DNA from: a virus | Taxonomy: Duplodnaviria > Heunggongvirae > Uroviricota > Caudoviricetes | DNA length: 64,000 nt | Reading direction: 5' to 3' (one strand) | Virus record (IMG/VR): IMGVR_UViG_3300037455_000372 | Span: 291,393 to 355,392 of that record | Part shown: positions 29,668 to 38,858 of the stretch, piece by piece | How the letters are laid out: each line of letters starts with the position of its first letter | Position numbering within the stretch: position 1 is the stretch's first letter | Translations under genes and position numbers: made by a program | The notes under the pieces: generated by a model | What the model was told of the DNA's origin: nothing | Databases searched by the model: none | What the model saw: only the letters and a program-made list of their open reading frames with translations

Positions 29668-29934
29668 ATGTCTAACGAAAAGAAATCCGTATGTTCTTGC
29701 GGCGCAGCTTGCGACGCCAAGGCTCTCAAGGCTTCTGTGAAGAAGCTCACCAGCGACAACGCTAAGCTCGCCAAGCAGCTCGCTTCTGCTAAGGCTTCCG
29801 CCTCCAAGGCTGCTGCCAAGGCTGATGCAAAGCTCCAGAAGGCCAACGCCAAGGCTGCAAAGCTTCAGGCTACCGTGACGGCTCTCAAGGCCGCCGCTAA
29901 GGCTGCTAAGGCTTCTGCAAAGAAGACCAAGTAA
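29668..29934 (+). CDS. Lys/Ala-rich basic protein (histone H1-like) with N-terminal Cys cluster
   Basis: CSCGAAC then AK-rich repeats; own TTGACA(29596)-17-TATATT promoter, RBS and terminator; highly biased codons. Confidence 0.7.
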   Translation: MSNEKKSVCSCGAACDAKALKASVKKLTSDNAKLAKQLASAKASASKAAAKADAKLQKANAKAAKLQATVTALKAAAKAAKASAKKTK

Positions 29935-29950
29935 GTCGCTGAAAGAACGG

Positions 29951-29986
29951 AAAAAGAGAGGCGGTCGATTGACCGCCTTTTCTTTT
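29951..29986. terminator. Bidirectional terminator
   Basis: AAAAAGAGAGGCGGTC-GATT-GACCGCCTTTCTTTTT. Confidence 0.8.
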
Positions 29987-30705
29987 TAATTGAGAATAAG
30001 GGACATATCGTAACAAGATTCTGGGTCGTCCGACGGACCGCAGAATGAACATACCAGCTGTCCGTTAATTTGGAATCCTTCCGGAGTTTGGCCAGTAATG
30101 TTATACACCTTGGACTTCATACCGTCGCTGTTAGTAACATAGCCACCGTCTGTGGTACCAACGTCAAAGCTTACTTCCGGTACAGCCTTCTTGATTACGT
30201 CGAAAAGTTGCCACACGTTTTCCCAGTTGTTGTCGCGTTTCAAACCTTTTGTGTACGGTTCAGCGGCGACATAGATACGGTTAATCCACTTTTTCTTGGA
30301 TGAACTGGACTCACTTTCAAGTCTAGCACTCTTATGGCACAGATGATATGCTTCCACCAGTGCCTTGCGCAACTTTGGGTCGATATTCTCCATCGATTCA
30401 CGGAACACACCCTTGGGAACTTCTTGATAGTCCCAGCATTCAGCCATATCGTCGTGGATGTAGTTAGTAACCACGTCGAAGTTCCCGGTGATGTCGTCGC
30501 CGTGAACAGTCGAATCATACTTGTATAGCTGGTTGCCTTCTTCATCGGTTCCGGCCAATGTCACCTCACCCCAGTGCTGCTGGTTAAGGTCGATGATTTC
30601 AATGCTCTCGCCGTTATCCTTGCTAGTTAGTCCGGTACCGTGAATCATTGCGTCCACTGCATCCTTCAAAGCGGAATTAAGCTTGATTTGAGCGATTTCT
30701 GGCAT
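29986..30705 (-). CDS. Hypothetical protein (late-type promoter)
   Basis: Start MPEIAQ; TATAAACT on the minus strand at 30731-30738. Confidence 0.6.
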   Translation of the reverse strand: MPEIAQIKLNSALKDAVDAMIHGTGLTSKDNGESIEIIDLNQQHWGEVTLAGTDEEGNQLYKYDSTVHGDDITGNFDVVTNYIHDDMAECWDYQEVPKGVFRESMENIDPKLRKALVEAYHLCHKSARLESESSSSKKKWINRIYVAAEPYTKGLKRDNNWENVWQLFDVIKKAVPEVSFDVGTTDGGYVTNSDGMKSKVYNITGQTPEGFQINGQLVCSFCGPSDDPESCYDMSLILN

Positions 30706-30761
30706 AGTATAGTCCCTAATAACTAACCGTAGTTTATATCTATATAAACTCAAGTTAAAGG

Positions 30762-31262
30762 ATGCAAACCAATATGGATCAGATGAAAAACAAGAAACCG
30801 TTACACGAAGGTATCGACGCACCAGGCGTGCTATTATTTGGACGAGGCTACGGAGAGACGCCGGGCATCGGTTCAGTTGACGCGACCACCCGGTTCAACC
30901 AGATGGCGACTATGTCTGACCCATACAGCGGCGGTATCAACCCGGTTATGGCTCGCGTAGCCAATTTCTCTCGCCAGAATGCACCCAGATACTCGGTTGA
31001 CCCTAACCCGGAACTGGACGAGTTCGTCGATACGCTGTTCGTTACCGATATGGGTCCGGAAGCGTTCACGCTCAATGGGGAGAACCCTTACCGACTCCTT
31101 GAAAAGATCCAGAGCGGTGAAGACGTGAGCGAGCTGATGCAGACCCCGTCCGCAGTACAAGAAATCCATCGGCTCCCAGCACAAAACGAACCGGAAGCCA
31201 TCGACGACAGCTTCCTTGATTTCGCTTCTATGTTCGGTGAGGCACCAAGACCTAAAAAGTAG
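30762..31262 (+). CDS. Hypothetical acidic protein (late-type promoter)
   Basis: TATAAACT at 30743-30750. Confidence 0.6.
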   Translation: MQTNMDQMKNKKPLHEGIDAPGVLLFGRGYGETPGIGSVDATTRFNQMATMSDPYSGGINPVMARVANFSRQNAPRYSVDPNPELDEFVDTLFVTDMGPEAFTLNGENPYRLLEKIQSGEDVSELMQTPSAVQEIHRLPAQNEPEAIDDSFLDFASMFGEAPRPKK

Positions 31263-31656
31263 CACCGCAGTCAGAGTTGTTGAACTCGTAGTTGATGCAG
31301 TCCATACCTTCTGAATTGCTGGAGTTTCCCCTATCCTCGTCCCACGGCAGACAGCGCGGACCGTTATTTGTAACCGTCCCCGGTTCCATAACGTAACCGT
31401 TAGCAATCATATCGTAACGGCCATCGGCATAACGCACGGCGGTCATCTCGTGGTCGGTAGTCGGAACGGCCTCGACAATCTTCAAGGTTCCGTAGTACGG
31501 TTCCGGACGCGGAGGTGGGCAAGCCATTCCCGGATAGTGGAACGGATGCAACAAGTCCGGATGCGGAGCGCAAGACGGAAACCTCATATGATGAGGCGGA
31601 ACCGGAAGACAGTGCGGACAAGGGTTCAGTCCGAATGGTGGCTTGAAGTTAGGCAT
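31252..31656 (-). CDS. Pro/His/Cys-rich hypothetical protein
   Basis: GGAGG RBS; start MPNFKPP overlapping the upstream stop. Confidence 0.6.
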   Translation of the reverse strand: MPNFKPPFGLNPCPHCLPVPPHHMRFPSCAPHPDLLHPFHYPGMACPPPRPEPYYGTLKIVEAVPTTDHEMTAVRYADGRYDMIANGYVMEPGTVTNNGPRCLPWDEDRGNSSNSEGMDCINYEFNNSDCGATF

Positions 31657-32108
31657 TAGAACCACCTCCAGTAAGGTACCGGGAACGGCATCGAGTAGCA
31701 CTTGTGCGGCAAGCAGCCGTGGTCTGGTGCGCACTGGTATGTCGGGAACGGCATCGGCGGCGGGAACCAAGGCTGGTTAGGGACGAAGTAAGGCCAAGGC
31801 CCGTGACAATGGCATCCGCAATGGTGGAACGGGTCTGGATAGAGTCTTGAGGGTATGTACTCCCACGGTCCCTTCTGTGGGGGAGGCGGTGGCGTACAAC
31901 AGCCGAAGAACGGAATCGGCGGCTGGTTCGGAATAAAGTAGAACGGACCGCACGGCATAGGCGGACGCTTTCTGAAAGTCGGTGCTTGATGGATATGCGG
32001 TCGCGGAAAACATCCACAGCCGGGGCCGACTGGATGCGGAATCGGATGCGACGGGTGTGGAGGTGGGTGCGGAACCGGCATTACGTGCCGATGGCAAGCG
32101 CAGCTCAT
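31656..32108 (-). CDS. Extremely Pro/His/Cys/aromatic-rich 150-aa protein
   Basis: GGAGG RBS; internal repeat GP(F/W)..(F/Y)(I/V)PNQP. Confidence 0.6.
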   Translation of the reverse strand: MSCACHRHVMPVPHPPPHPSHPIPHPVGPGCGCFPRPHIHQAPTFRKRPPMPCGPFYFIPNQPPIPFFGCCTPPPPPQKGPWEYIPSRLYPDPFHHCGCHCHGPWPYFVPNQPWFPPPMPFPTYQCAPDHGCLPHKCYSMPFPVPYWRWF

Positions 32109-32111
32109 AGT

Positions 32112-32609
32112 TTACCTCCGTGTAGAACTAGTTCTCCTAGTATTACGTTTATTAGCGGCGGCTTTGGTCGGCATCTTCAAAATCTGGTCGTGGACCTCGT
32201 GTATGTAGGAATTGCCGCCTAGGTCAGAGTAAACCTTGTACATCTTCTCGAAGTTCTCTCTGTCGTAGTCTCCGATGTAGCCTTTTTCGATTGCGTGGTT
32301 ATAAATAGCCGTGAGGTCGTTTCGCGTGGAAGCGATGGTCGCTTCCTTCATAATGCGTTGCTCGTTGCGGTCGGTTTCAAACTTGGAGTAGAGGTCGTCC
32401 TTCAAACCGGTGATGAACTCGTTGATCTGACCGATTTCGGTCTCGATCTTCGTAATCCGGTTGCCCATCTCGTTCTTGTTGGTGAAGTTGTCGACGAACC
32501 ACTTACGCAGCGGTCGCACGAAGCCTACCAGCGTGGCAACAAATGAACCCAAAGCAATGATGAACCCAGAATATAACTGAAGATTCTCTGTTAAAGTAGA
32601 CCATTCCAT
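32112..32609 (-). CDS. Phage holin-like single-TM protein
   Basis: N-terminal TM, coiled coil, R..L...Y....KGYI...MY..Y..LGGN motif seen in phage lysis-module hypotheticals. Confidence 0.55.
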   Translation of the reverse strand: MEWSTLTENLQLYSGFIIALGSFVATLVGFVRPLRKWFVDNFTNKNEMGNRITKIETEIGQINEFITGLKDDLYSKFETDRNEQRIMKEATIASTRNDLTAIYNHAIEKGYIGDYDRENFEKMYKVYSDLGGNSYIHEVHDQILKMPTKAAANKRNTRRTSSTRR

Positions 32610-32831
32610 CGTTTCGAATATTCCAATCGAATTTAATTGAAGTTTATGTATCTGGCTCGGTAGATTTGCTTGACAAATGACCTCCAGAAAACTATATTTT
32701 TGTTACGAATCTCTGGGAAGCCAGTATTTATCGGGTTTCGGGCGTGTTAGTACCATTTTGATACGTTATTCGAAATCTAAATACGTCCATTCTGGAGTAT
32801 TACAATGTAACACAATGTCACACGAGGCCAT

Positions 32832-33311
32832 ATGACTTACGTAGAACAGAAAATGGATATCCGAAACGCACCGGACGACACCGACACCGTCGTTGCCCAC
32901 TGCATCGCTGCAGACCTCAACTGGGGCAGCGGCGTGGCTCCCATCATCAACCGGGATATGTTCGACGCCGAAAAATACTGTCGTTACAAGTGTTCCACGA
33001 ATCCGGACGGCGTAGAGAACGAGCTGCGCGTAGGCGAAATCCTTGCCGTCAAGGGTGCCGGGATGAAGCGTAAGAACGTGCTCGTCAACCTTATAACCAA
33101 GTATCGCTCCTTCTACAAGCCGACCTACGAGACGCTTACCGAGTCCTTGAACTCGCTCCGTTCCTATATGGAAATGAACGGGTTGACCACTCTGTATATG
33201 CCCAAGATTGGCTGCGGCATCGATATGCTCAAGTGGACGGTGGTGTCCCAGATTATCAAGGGCGTATTCGCGAGCACCAACATCAAAATTACCATCGCAG
33301 TGAGAGACTAA
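32832..33311 (+). CDS. Macrodomain protein (TARG1/Poa1p/DarG-like ADP-ribose hydrolase)
   Basis: AHCIAADLNWGSGVA, NLITK, MPKIGCGID. Confidence 0.85.
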   Translation: MTYVEQKMDIRNAPDDTDTVVAHCIAADLNWGSGVAPIINRDMFDAEKYCRYKCSTNPDGVENELRVGEILAVKGAGMKRKNVLVNLITKYRSFYKPTYETLTESLNSLRSYMEMNGLTTLYMPKIGCGIDMLKWTVVSQIIKGVFASTNIKITIAVRD

Positions 33312-33312
33312 T

Positions 33313-34344
33313 ATGTTTTTTAAAGCACTTATCAACAATGTGAAGCACTTATTCACAAGAAATCAACAAAAGCCTACGGATTCCAATAACCAGTCTCCGT
33401 GGGACAACCTTACTCTGGGCGACCGTATGAAGCTGTACGAGTCGTTCTTCACCGGCAACAACTTCCCCGGAAAGTACCCGCATTGGCCGTCGCGCCACTG
33501 CGTCCGTATTCCGGGCGGATGGCCGATGCGCCTTGACGGCTATACCGACGTTCCGGCTGGATTCTATCCAGTTGTCCGTGTCGACGGCCACTGCTTCAGC
33601 AAGTTCACCAAACAGTTCACGAAGCCTTACGATATGCGCATTGTGGACGCTATGAACGCGGCCACTATGGCTTTGGTTCAAGAATTCCACGCTATCATTG
33701 GCTACACGCAGTCTGACGAAATCACGATCGTCCTTCCCCAAGATACGGAAATGTTTAACCGCAAGTGCCAGAAGATTGCTACCCTCGCCGCGTCCACTGC
33801 AGCAGTAGCGTTCTACAACTGGTTGGTCTCTACCGGCTACAGCGGAAAGCTCCCTGCGTTCGACGCCCGTGTATTCGGCGTACCAAACCGCGACGAGGTG
33901 GCCAACTGCTTGATCTGGCGCGAACGCGATGCTATCAAGAACTCCATCAGCAACGTGGCGCAGCAGCCCAAGTTCTACAGCGCGAAACAGCTTCTCAGCA
34001 AGAACAGCGACCAGAAGATTGCTATGCTCGCCGAAAAGGGTTACGACTTCTGGAAGGACACTCTGCTCAACTACGCTCGCGGTACCTACTTCAAGCGCAT
34101 CGTGACTACGCGTCCGTACACTCCCGAAGAAATCGAACAGCTTCCGCCTAAGCATCAGGCGCGTACGGCACCGGAAGGAACCGTCCTCTGCACCCGTGCG
34201 AAGATAAAGGCTATGCATTATCCGCTGGTTGCCCACATCGCCAACCTCCCGGATGTCATCTTCGACAACGCAGTCCCGGTATTCAAGGAAGGTCTCAAGG
34301 ACATCCACGAATTCGAAACTAGGGATTACCCGGATGATGTTTAA
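33313..34344 (+). CDS. tRNA(His) guanylyltransferase Thg1-like protein (3'-5' polymerase)
   Basis: RVDGHCFSKFT, YTQSDEI, AFDARV, WRERDAIKNSI. Confidence 0.9.
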   Translation: MFFKALINNVKHLFTRNQQKPTDSNNQSPWDNLTLGDRMKLYESFFTGNNFPGKYPHWPSRHCVRIPGGWPMRLDGYTDVPAGFYPVVRVDGHCFSKFTKQFTKPYDMRIVDAMNAATMALVQEFHAIIGYTQSDEITIVLPQDTEMFNRKCQKIATLAASTAAVAFYNWLVSTGYSGKLPAFDARVFGVPNRDEVANCLIWRERDAIKNSISNVAQQPKFYSAKQLLSKNSDQKIAMLAEKGYDFWKDTLLNYARGTYFKRIVTTRPYTPEEIEQLPPKHQARTAPEGTVLCTRAKIKAMHYPLVAHIANLPDVIFDNAVPVFKEGLKDIHEFETRDYPDDV

Positions 34345-34507
34345 GAACGAGAAACAAAAGGACCAGTTTGTCCTTGCGTTTGCAGTTGTATGGATTGTGG
34401 CCAACTTGCTTGGCTACATCCTTTTCAACACTTGGAGCCTACCTAACGTGGTTATGGTTGTCATCTTGGCCGTAATCGTATATATCGACCATAAACAGAG
34501 ACAATAA
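34334..34507 (+). CDS. Small two-TM protein
   Basis: Two hydrophobic helices; coupled to both neighbours. Confidence 0.5.
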   Translation: MMFKNEKQKDQFVLAFAVVWIVANLLGYILFNTWSLPNVVMVVILAVIVYIDHKQRQ

Positions 34508-35349
34508 TGCTCACCTACTTCATATCAGACCTCCACTTGGACGCGTGGTGTCCCCTTACAACGAACAAGGGGGTTCTACGCAAGTCGTTTGAGGAACTTT
34601 ATGGCCGATATTTCATTCCGGCTGAAGCGGTTTCTATCGCTGGCGATATCGCCGACGATGACTTCACGTTCGTCGCGTTCTGTGAATTTATAGCGGAGAA
34701 GTACAAGCAAGTCTACATCATCTTCGGAAATCACGACTTAACCGTCCGTGGGTCGTTCGGAGACGTGGATGGCTTTATGAATTGGAAAACCACCGAAGAC
34801 AAGTTGGCCTGGATCGAGATTGCGCTGAGTGCCTATCCCAACGTGCATCTGCTGGACGGTAACGTGGTGGACGGATTCGGCGGTACGATGGGTATGTGCG
34901 ACTTCACCTACGACCGATACGAGGGGAGACCCTATGACACGGTAGGGACGTGGCATAACGAGTGGTATGACGGTCGTCACTGGAACTATATGGGTCAGGA
35001 CCCCATCAAGATTTGGGAGTCGGAGAAAGCTAAGATGGACGACCTAGTAAAGGCCGCCCCGAAGGTTATGCTTACGCATTTCTTCCCTACGCAGATGGGA
35101 ATACAGCCGCAATTCGTCGATACCTACAAGACGGCTTGGTACTGTTTTGACGGAGCAAAGTTCCTTGAACAGCTTCCGGAAACCACTATCTGGCAAGCCG
35201 GACACACGCACGGCTGCCTTGACACGAACTGGGTTGATAAAAACGGAAAAGGGCATCGCATCATATGCAATACCCTTGGACTTCCTCACGAAAAATTTCC
35301 GTTCGTTTCCTTCAAGGAAGCCGAGACCTTCCTAATCGACGTAGTGTAA
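34507..35349 (+). CDS. Calcineurin-like metallophosphoesterase
   Basis: SDLH, AGDI, GNHD, THF, GHTH. Confidence 0.85.
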   Translation: MLTYFISDLHLDAWCPLTTNKGVLRKSFEELYGRYFIPAEAVSIAGDIADDDFTFVAFCEFIAEKYKQVYIIFGNHDLTVRGSFGDVDGFMNWKTTEDKLAWIEIALSAYPNVHLLDGNVVDGFGGTMGMCDFTYDRYEGRPYDTVGTWHNEWYDGRHWNYMGQDPIKIWESEKAKMDDLVKAAPKVMLTHFFPTQMGIQPQFVDTYKTAWYCFDGAKFLEQLPETTIWQAGHTHGCLDTNWVDKNGKGHRIICNTLGLPHEKFPFVSFKEAETFLIDVV

Positions 35350-36621
35350 CTTGTAGTGGACCGTACTGCGGCCAATAGTGGTAATCAATTCCTTGGTTAA
35401 CATATTGGCCTTTTTCGTATACTCGGCTTCGACCATTTCGCGATACTTCTCGCCGAACTCGCTGCCTTCCTTGACACCCGATTCCTTGAGACGTTCGGAA
35501 ATCTTCTTGAAGTCCGGCTTGTTCTGGGAAAGGAACTTGGCGATTTCGAGCTGCTGATAGAAGTCGTCGGAGAAGTGGAAAGGTACACCGTACCAAAGCA
35601 CGTTCTTGTAGTCGCCTTCGACGAACTCGACCAGCTTTGTCCAAGTCCAACCGTACGGCTCAATCGTTTCGAGATAATCCATAAAGTAACGGTAATACTT
35701 GTACAGACGAGCTTCGTCGCGAGTCGCGCAGAGCCGCTTCAACGTCTCTTCCGGGTCGAATGACTTAATCGCAAGCAAGGGAACCAAGTTGTCCTTGTTG
35801 ACGGAAGCAGACACCCCAGTATCCTTGTTGTAACGGTACAGCTTAGGAAGGGAGTCGGTCAGGATGGACGGAGTAATCAAGCCCAGAGCCGAAACATAAG
35901 GAAGAACGTGGTTCATTTCCATCAGCTGGACGAATACTGCGAAGTTTCCCTTCTCGGCTACGGTCACGAACTCCTTGCGGATGCGTTCTGCAGACAGTTT
36001 CTTGACGCGGTATGCCTCGTCGCCCATAGCCCTGCGAGTGTCGTCATCGATCTTGTAATCGAACACGACCGCGAAACGCAACGCACGAATAATGCGGAGT
36101 GCATCCTCGGAGAAACGGTCGTTAGCATTTCCGACCGTACGGATGATCTTGTTCTTAATGTCGTCCACACCACCGAAGTAGTCGATTACGTTCCCATCCG
36201 CATCGAGACCCAATGCGTTAATGGTGAGGTCACGACGTGACGCGTCTTCCTTGAATGTCTTGGCGAAAGTCACGCTGTCCGGATGGCGACCGTCGGAATA
36301 GTCGCCGTCAGTGCGGAACTGGGTTACTTCGTAGGGGAACCCATACAATTCATCGCCGTAGAGAACCAAGATGGTACCGTGAGACTCGCCGTTGTTGCTG
36401 CGAGTCTTGAAATGCTTCTGCAATTCTTCGATAGGCATATTCGTGGCGATATCCACGTCGTGGAGGTTGGTTGTAACGGTCTGTCCGAGTTCGTATTGAA
36501 TCATATCGCGTACGCAACCGCCCACGGCGTATGCCTCGTAACCGAAGCCGTTGATTTCCTTGACCAGCTGCATAGCCATATTCAAGCAATCGTTTGAATA
36601 CTTGTGAATGTTGATTTGCAT
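35332..36621 (-). CDS. cca: CCA-adding tRNA nucleotidyltransferase (class II)
   Basis: VGGCVRD, DVDIAT, EVTQFR, DASRRDLTINAL, RFSEDALRIIRALRF, SAERI. Confidence 0.9.
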   Translation of the reverse strand: MQINIHKYSNDCLNMAMQLVKEINGFGYEAYAVGGCVRDMIQYELGQTVTTNLHDVDIATNMPIEELQKHFKTRSNNGESHGTILVLYGDELYGFPYEVTQFRTDGDYSDGRHPDSVTFAKTFKEDASRRDLTINALGLDADGNVIDYFGGVDDIKNKIIRTVGNANDRFSEDALRIIRALRFAVVFDYKIDDDTRRAMGDEAYRVKKLSAERIRKEFVTVAEKGNFAVFVQLMEMNHVLPYVSALGLITPSILTDSLPKLYRYNKDTGVSASVNKDNLVPLLAIKSFDPEETLKRLCATRDEARLYKYYRYFMDYLETIEPYGWTWTKLVEFVEGDYKNVLWYGVPFHFSDDFYQQLEIAKFLSQNKPDFKKISERLKESGVKEGSEFGEKYREMVEAEYTKKANMLTKELITTIGRSTVHYKLHYVD

Positions 36622-36730
36622 AATTACCTCGACGCCAAATATAGGAATTTTTTACCCACTTGTCAATACTTTATTTACGTCATTGACAAAATCGCTGCAA
36701 ATTGCTATATTGAAGCCAAAAGAGGTTTAA

Positions 36731-36877
36731 ATGGACACGAATAATACGACAGACACGCCGTCATATCCGCTGCATCACGAAGACCCCATTATCCATCCAG
36801 TCGGAGCCAACATAGCCAAGAAAGACTATAAGCCCGACGAACCGCTTGCGAATGAGGAGTCTACGGACAATGCTTAA
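36731..36877 (+). CDS. Small 48-aa hypothetical protein
   Basis: TTGACA(36683)-17-TATATT promoter and GAGG RBS. Confidence 0.5.
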   Translation: MDTNNTTDTPSYPLHHEDPIIHPVGANIAKKDYKPDEPLANEESTDNA

Positions 36878-37703
36878 ATTTTTTATCGATATCGAGGGAA
36901 CCGTTCTCGATGACTTGAAGTCGCGCAATTTCCTTACGTTCAACTGTTCCCAGATCGCGAAGCTCATTGCCGACCGCACAAAGGACAACCAAGACTACCG
37001 AGTATTCATCTATACTTGGGGTTGGAAGACCCTCAGCGACATCGACAACGACCTTCTCTTGAAAATCCTAGATGCAATCAAGGTCGACGCCGAACACTAT
37101 GGCCGCGTCTACACGAAGCTTGACGCGATCGAGAGGGTCGCGAATACTCTCTGGGACAACTTGCTGACCCTCAACTTGGTCAATGCTCCGGAAAACATCG
37201 ACGAACTCCGTGAAAGGCTGCTCCAGCCCGGCGCGATGGCTCAATACGGTTACACGAAGGTATCGGTGGCCGAAGATTTTGCTAAGAGCTACAAGGGTAG
37301 GGACCATATCATTCTTATCGACGACCTTGTCACGGTGACTGACGAGAAACATCCGCACTACGAGCTGGAAGTATTCAATCCGAGCCGTCTCGCAATCCGT
37401 ATCGACAACGAGATTGACCCCACAGTAACCCTTTATTCTCCGGACGGTCAACCCATCGGAGAAATCAAAAACTCGTCTGCGCTGGACAACGTGCGCGTCC
37501 AGATATGCAAAAACCATTACACCGGCTTCTATTTCAAGTTCAATGGCCAGAAAATCCATATTGACGGTAACGGAAATGTCGAAGACTGGCCTAAAGGCTG
37601 CTTCGACTATGGAATACAGGCCGCCGGTGAATTGTTGTGCAGCGCAAAGTCGCTCAATGAACAAATCGAAGATTATAAGAGACGGAAGGAATCCAATGTC
37701 TAA
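36870..37703 (+). CDS. HAD-like protein with C-terminal DUF3696-like motif
   Basis: FFIDIEGTVLD (HAD motif I-like), ILIDD (motif IV-like), IDGNGNVEDWPKGCFD. Confidence 0.5.
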   Translation: MLKFFIDIEGTVLDDLKSRNFLTFNCSQIAKLIADRTKDNQDYRVFIYTWGWKTLSDIDNDLLLKILDAIKVDAEHYGRVYTKLDAIERVANTLWDNLLTLNLVNAPENIDELRERLLQPGAMAQYGYTKVSVAEDFAKSYKGRDHIILIDDLVTVTDEKHPHYELEVFNPSRLAIRIDNEIDPTVTLYSPDGQPIGEIKNSSALDNVRVQICKNHYTGFYFKFNGQKIHIDGNGNVEDWPKGCFDYGIQAAGELLCSAKSLNEQIEDYKRRKESNV

Positions 37704-38262
37704 AGTTGCAATTTATCCCGGATCGTTCAACCCGGTCACAATCGGCCATCTCGCCATTATCCACAAGGCGGCTCGCCTTTTCGACAAGCTCATCGTCGTG
37801 GTTGCAGAAAACCCGTCGAAGACCTACAATATCGCCGCCGAACAGCGAATCAAGTGGATCGAAACCATCACAGCCGACATTCCGAACGTGTATGTAGCGT
37901 TGCTGCCGTCCGGCACGCCGCTCGTCGACTTCGAATACCTTGGTACCCGTCCGAACTACATCGTGCGCGGTCTCCGCAACGGATCCGACCTGATGTGCGA
38001 ACTGGCGCAGCAGTATTACAACGACGTGCTCGCCGACATCAGCCGCCACAAGGAAACCGTGTTCCTCACGGCGCAAGCTTTCAACGAAGTGTCGTCCACC
38101 TATCTGCGCGAGGTCGCGAAGCTGGTCTCGTATGAGAAGTTCGCGATGGTGTTCGGCTGGTCTGACGCGACTTCCTACAAGGTGATTCCGCCGGACAACT
38201 TGAAACCATACAACGACATCCTTTATCAGGTATACGAGGCGTACAATGGCAAGCAAAAGTAA
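37696..38262 (+). CDS. coaD: Phosphopantetheine adenylyltransferase
   Basis: AIYPGSFNPVTIGH, NPSK, IVRGLR, VSST. Confidence 0.9.
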   Translation: MSKVAIYPGSFNPVTIGHLAIIHKAARLFDKLIVVVAENPSKTYNIAAEQRIKWIETITADIPNVYVALLPSGTPLVDFEYLGTRPNYIVRGLRNGSDLMCELAQQYYNDVLADISRHKETVFLTAQAFNEVSSTYLREVAKLVSYEKFAMVFGWSDATSYKVIPPDNLKPYNDILYQVYEAYNGKQK

Positions 38263-38857
38263 GTTCGTGATAGTGACCGGCGAAATCGGTGCCGGTAAGT
38301 CAACCGTATGTAACCACCTCAGTTCGCTCGGCTACCGTGTCGTCAAGTCCGACGATGTCGCGAAGAAGGAACTCTATAACTGGCCGAAGGTTCGCCATAA
38401 ACTGGCCGAAGAATTCGGCAACGATGTAATCAACAGCGACAACACGCTTGACATCCGTAAAATCAAGAAACGCCTGTTCGACGAAAATTACCGCAAGGCA
38501 TATATCCGATTCGAAACCTATCTCACCGACTGCTTCGCTGAATATCTCCTAGACAACGAAACCGACGATCTGGTCTTTGTCGAGATTCCTCCGCTTGAAC
38601 CGAGCATAAACCTCGCGAAACGTCTGAACATCTGTAACACGTTCTTCATCCCGGTTGAAAAGGATGAACAGTCGAAACGCCTCCGTCATCGTGGTATGAC
38701 CAGTGCCGAGGTGTTCGAACGCCTTGTTCTGCAGTCCGAAGAATTCGTCAAGAATCTCCCCGGTTATGTGAAACTGACCGGAACGTCCCAGAACTACGGC
38801 GAGCCGTACCAGCGTTTCGCTGCCGAAATCATTGACCACATCCAGAAGGGAAAATAA
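38246..38857 (+). CDS. coaE: Dephospho-CoA kinase
   Basis: VTGEIGAGKSTV, D..AK, EIPPL, RL..RG...RL..Q; adjacent to coaD. Confidence 0.8.
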   Translation: MASKSKFVIVTGEIGAGKSTVCNHLSSLGYRVVKSDDVAKKELYNWPKVRHKLAEEFGNDVINSDNTLDIRKIKKRLFDENYRKAYIRFETYLTDCFAEYLLDNETDDLVFVEIPPLEPSINLAKRLNICNTFFIPVEKDEQSKRLRHRGMTSAEVFERLVLQSEEFVKNLPGYVKLTGTSQNYGEPYQRFAAEIIDHIQKGK

Positions 38858-38858
38858 T

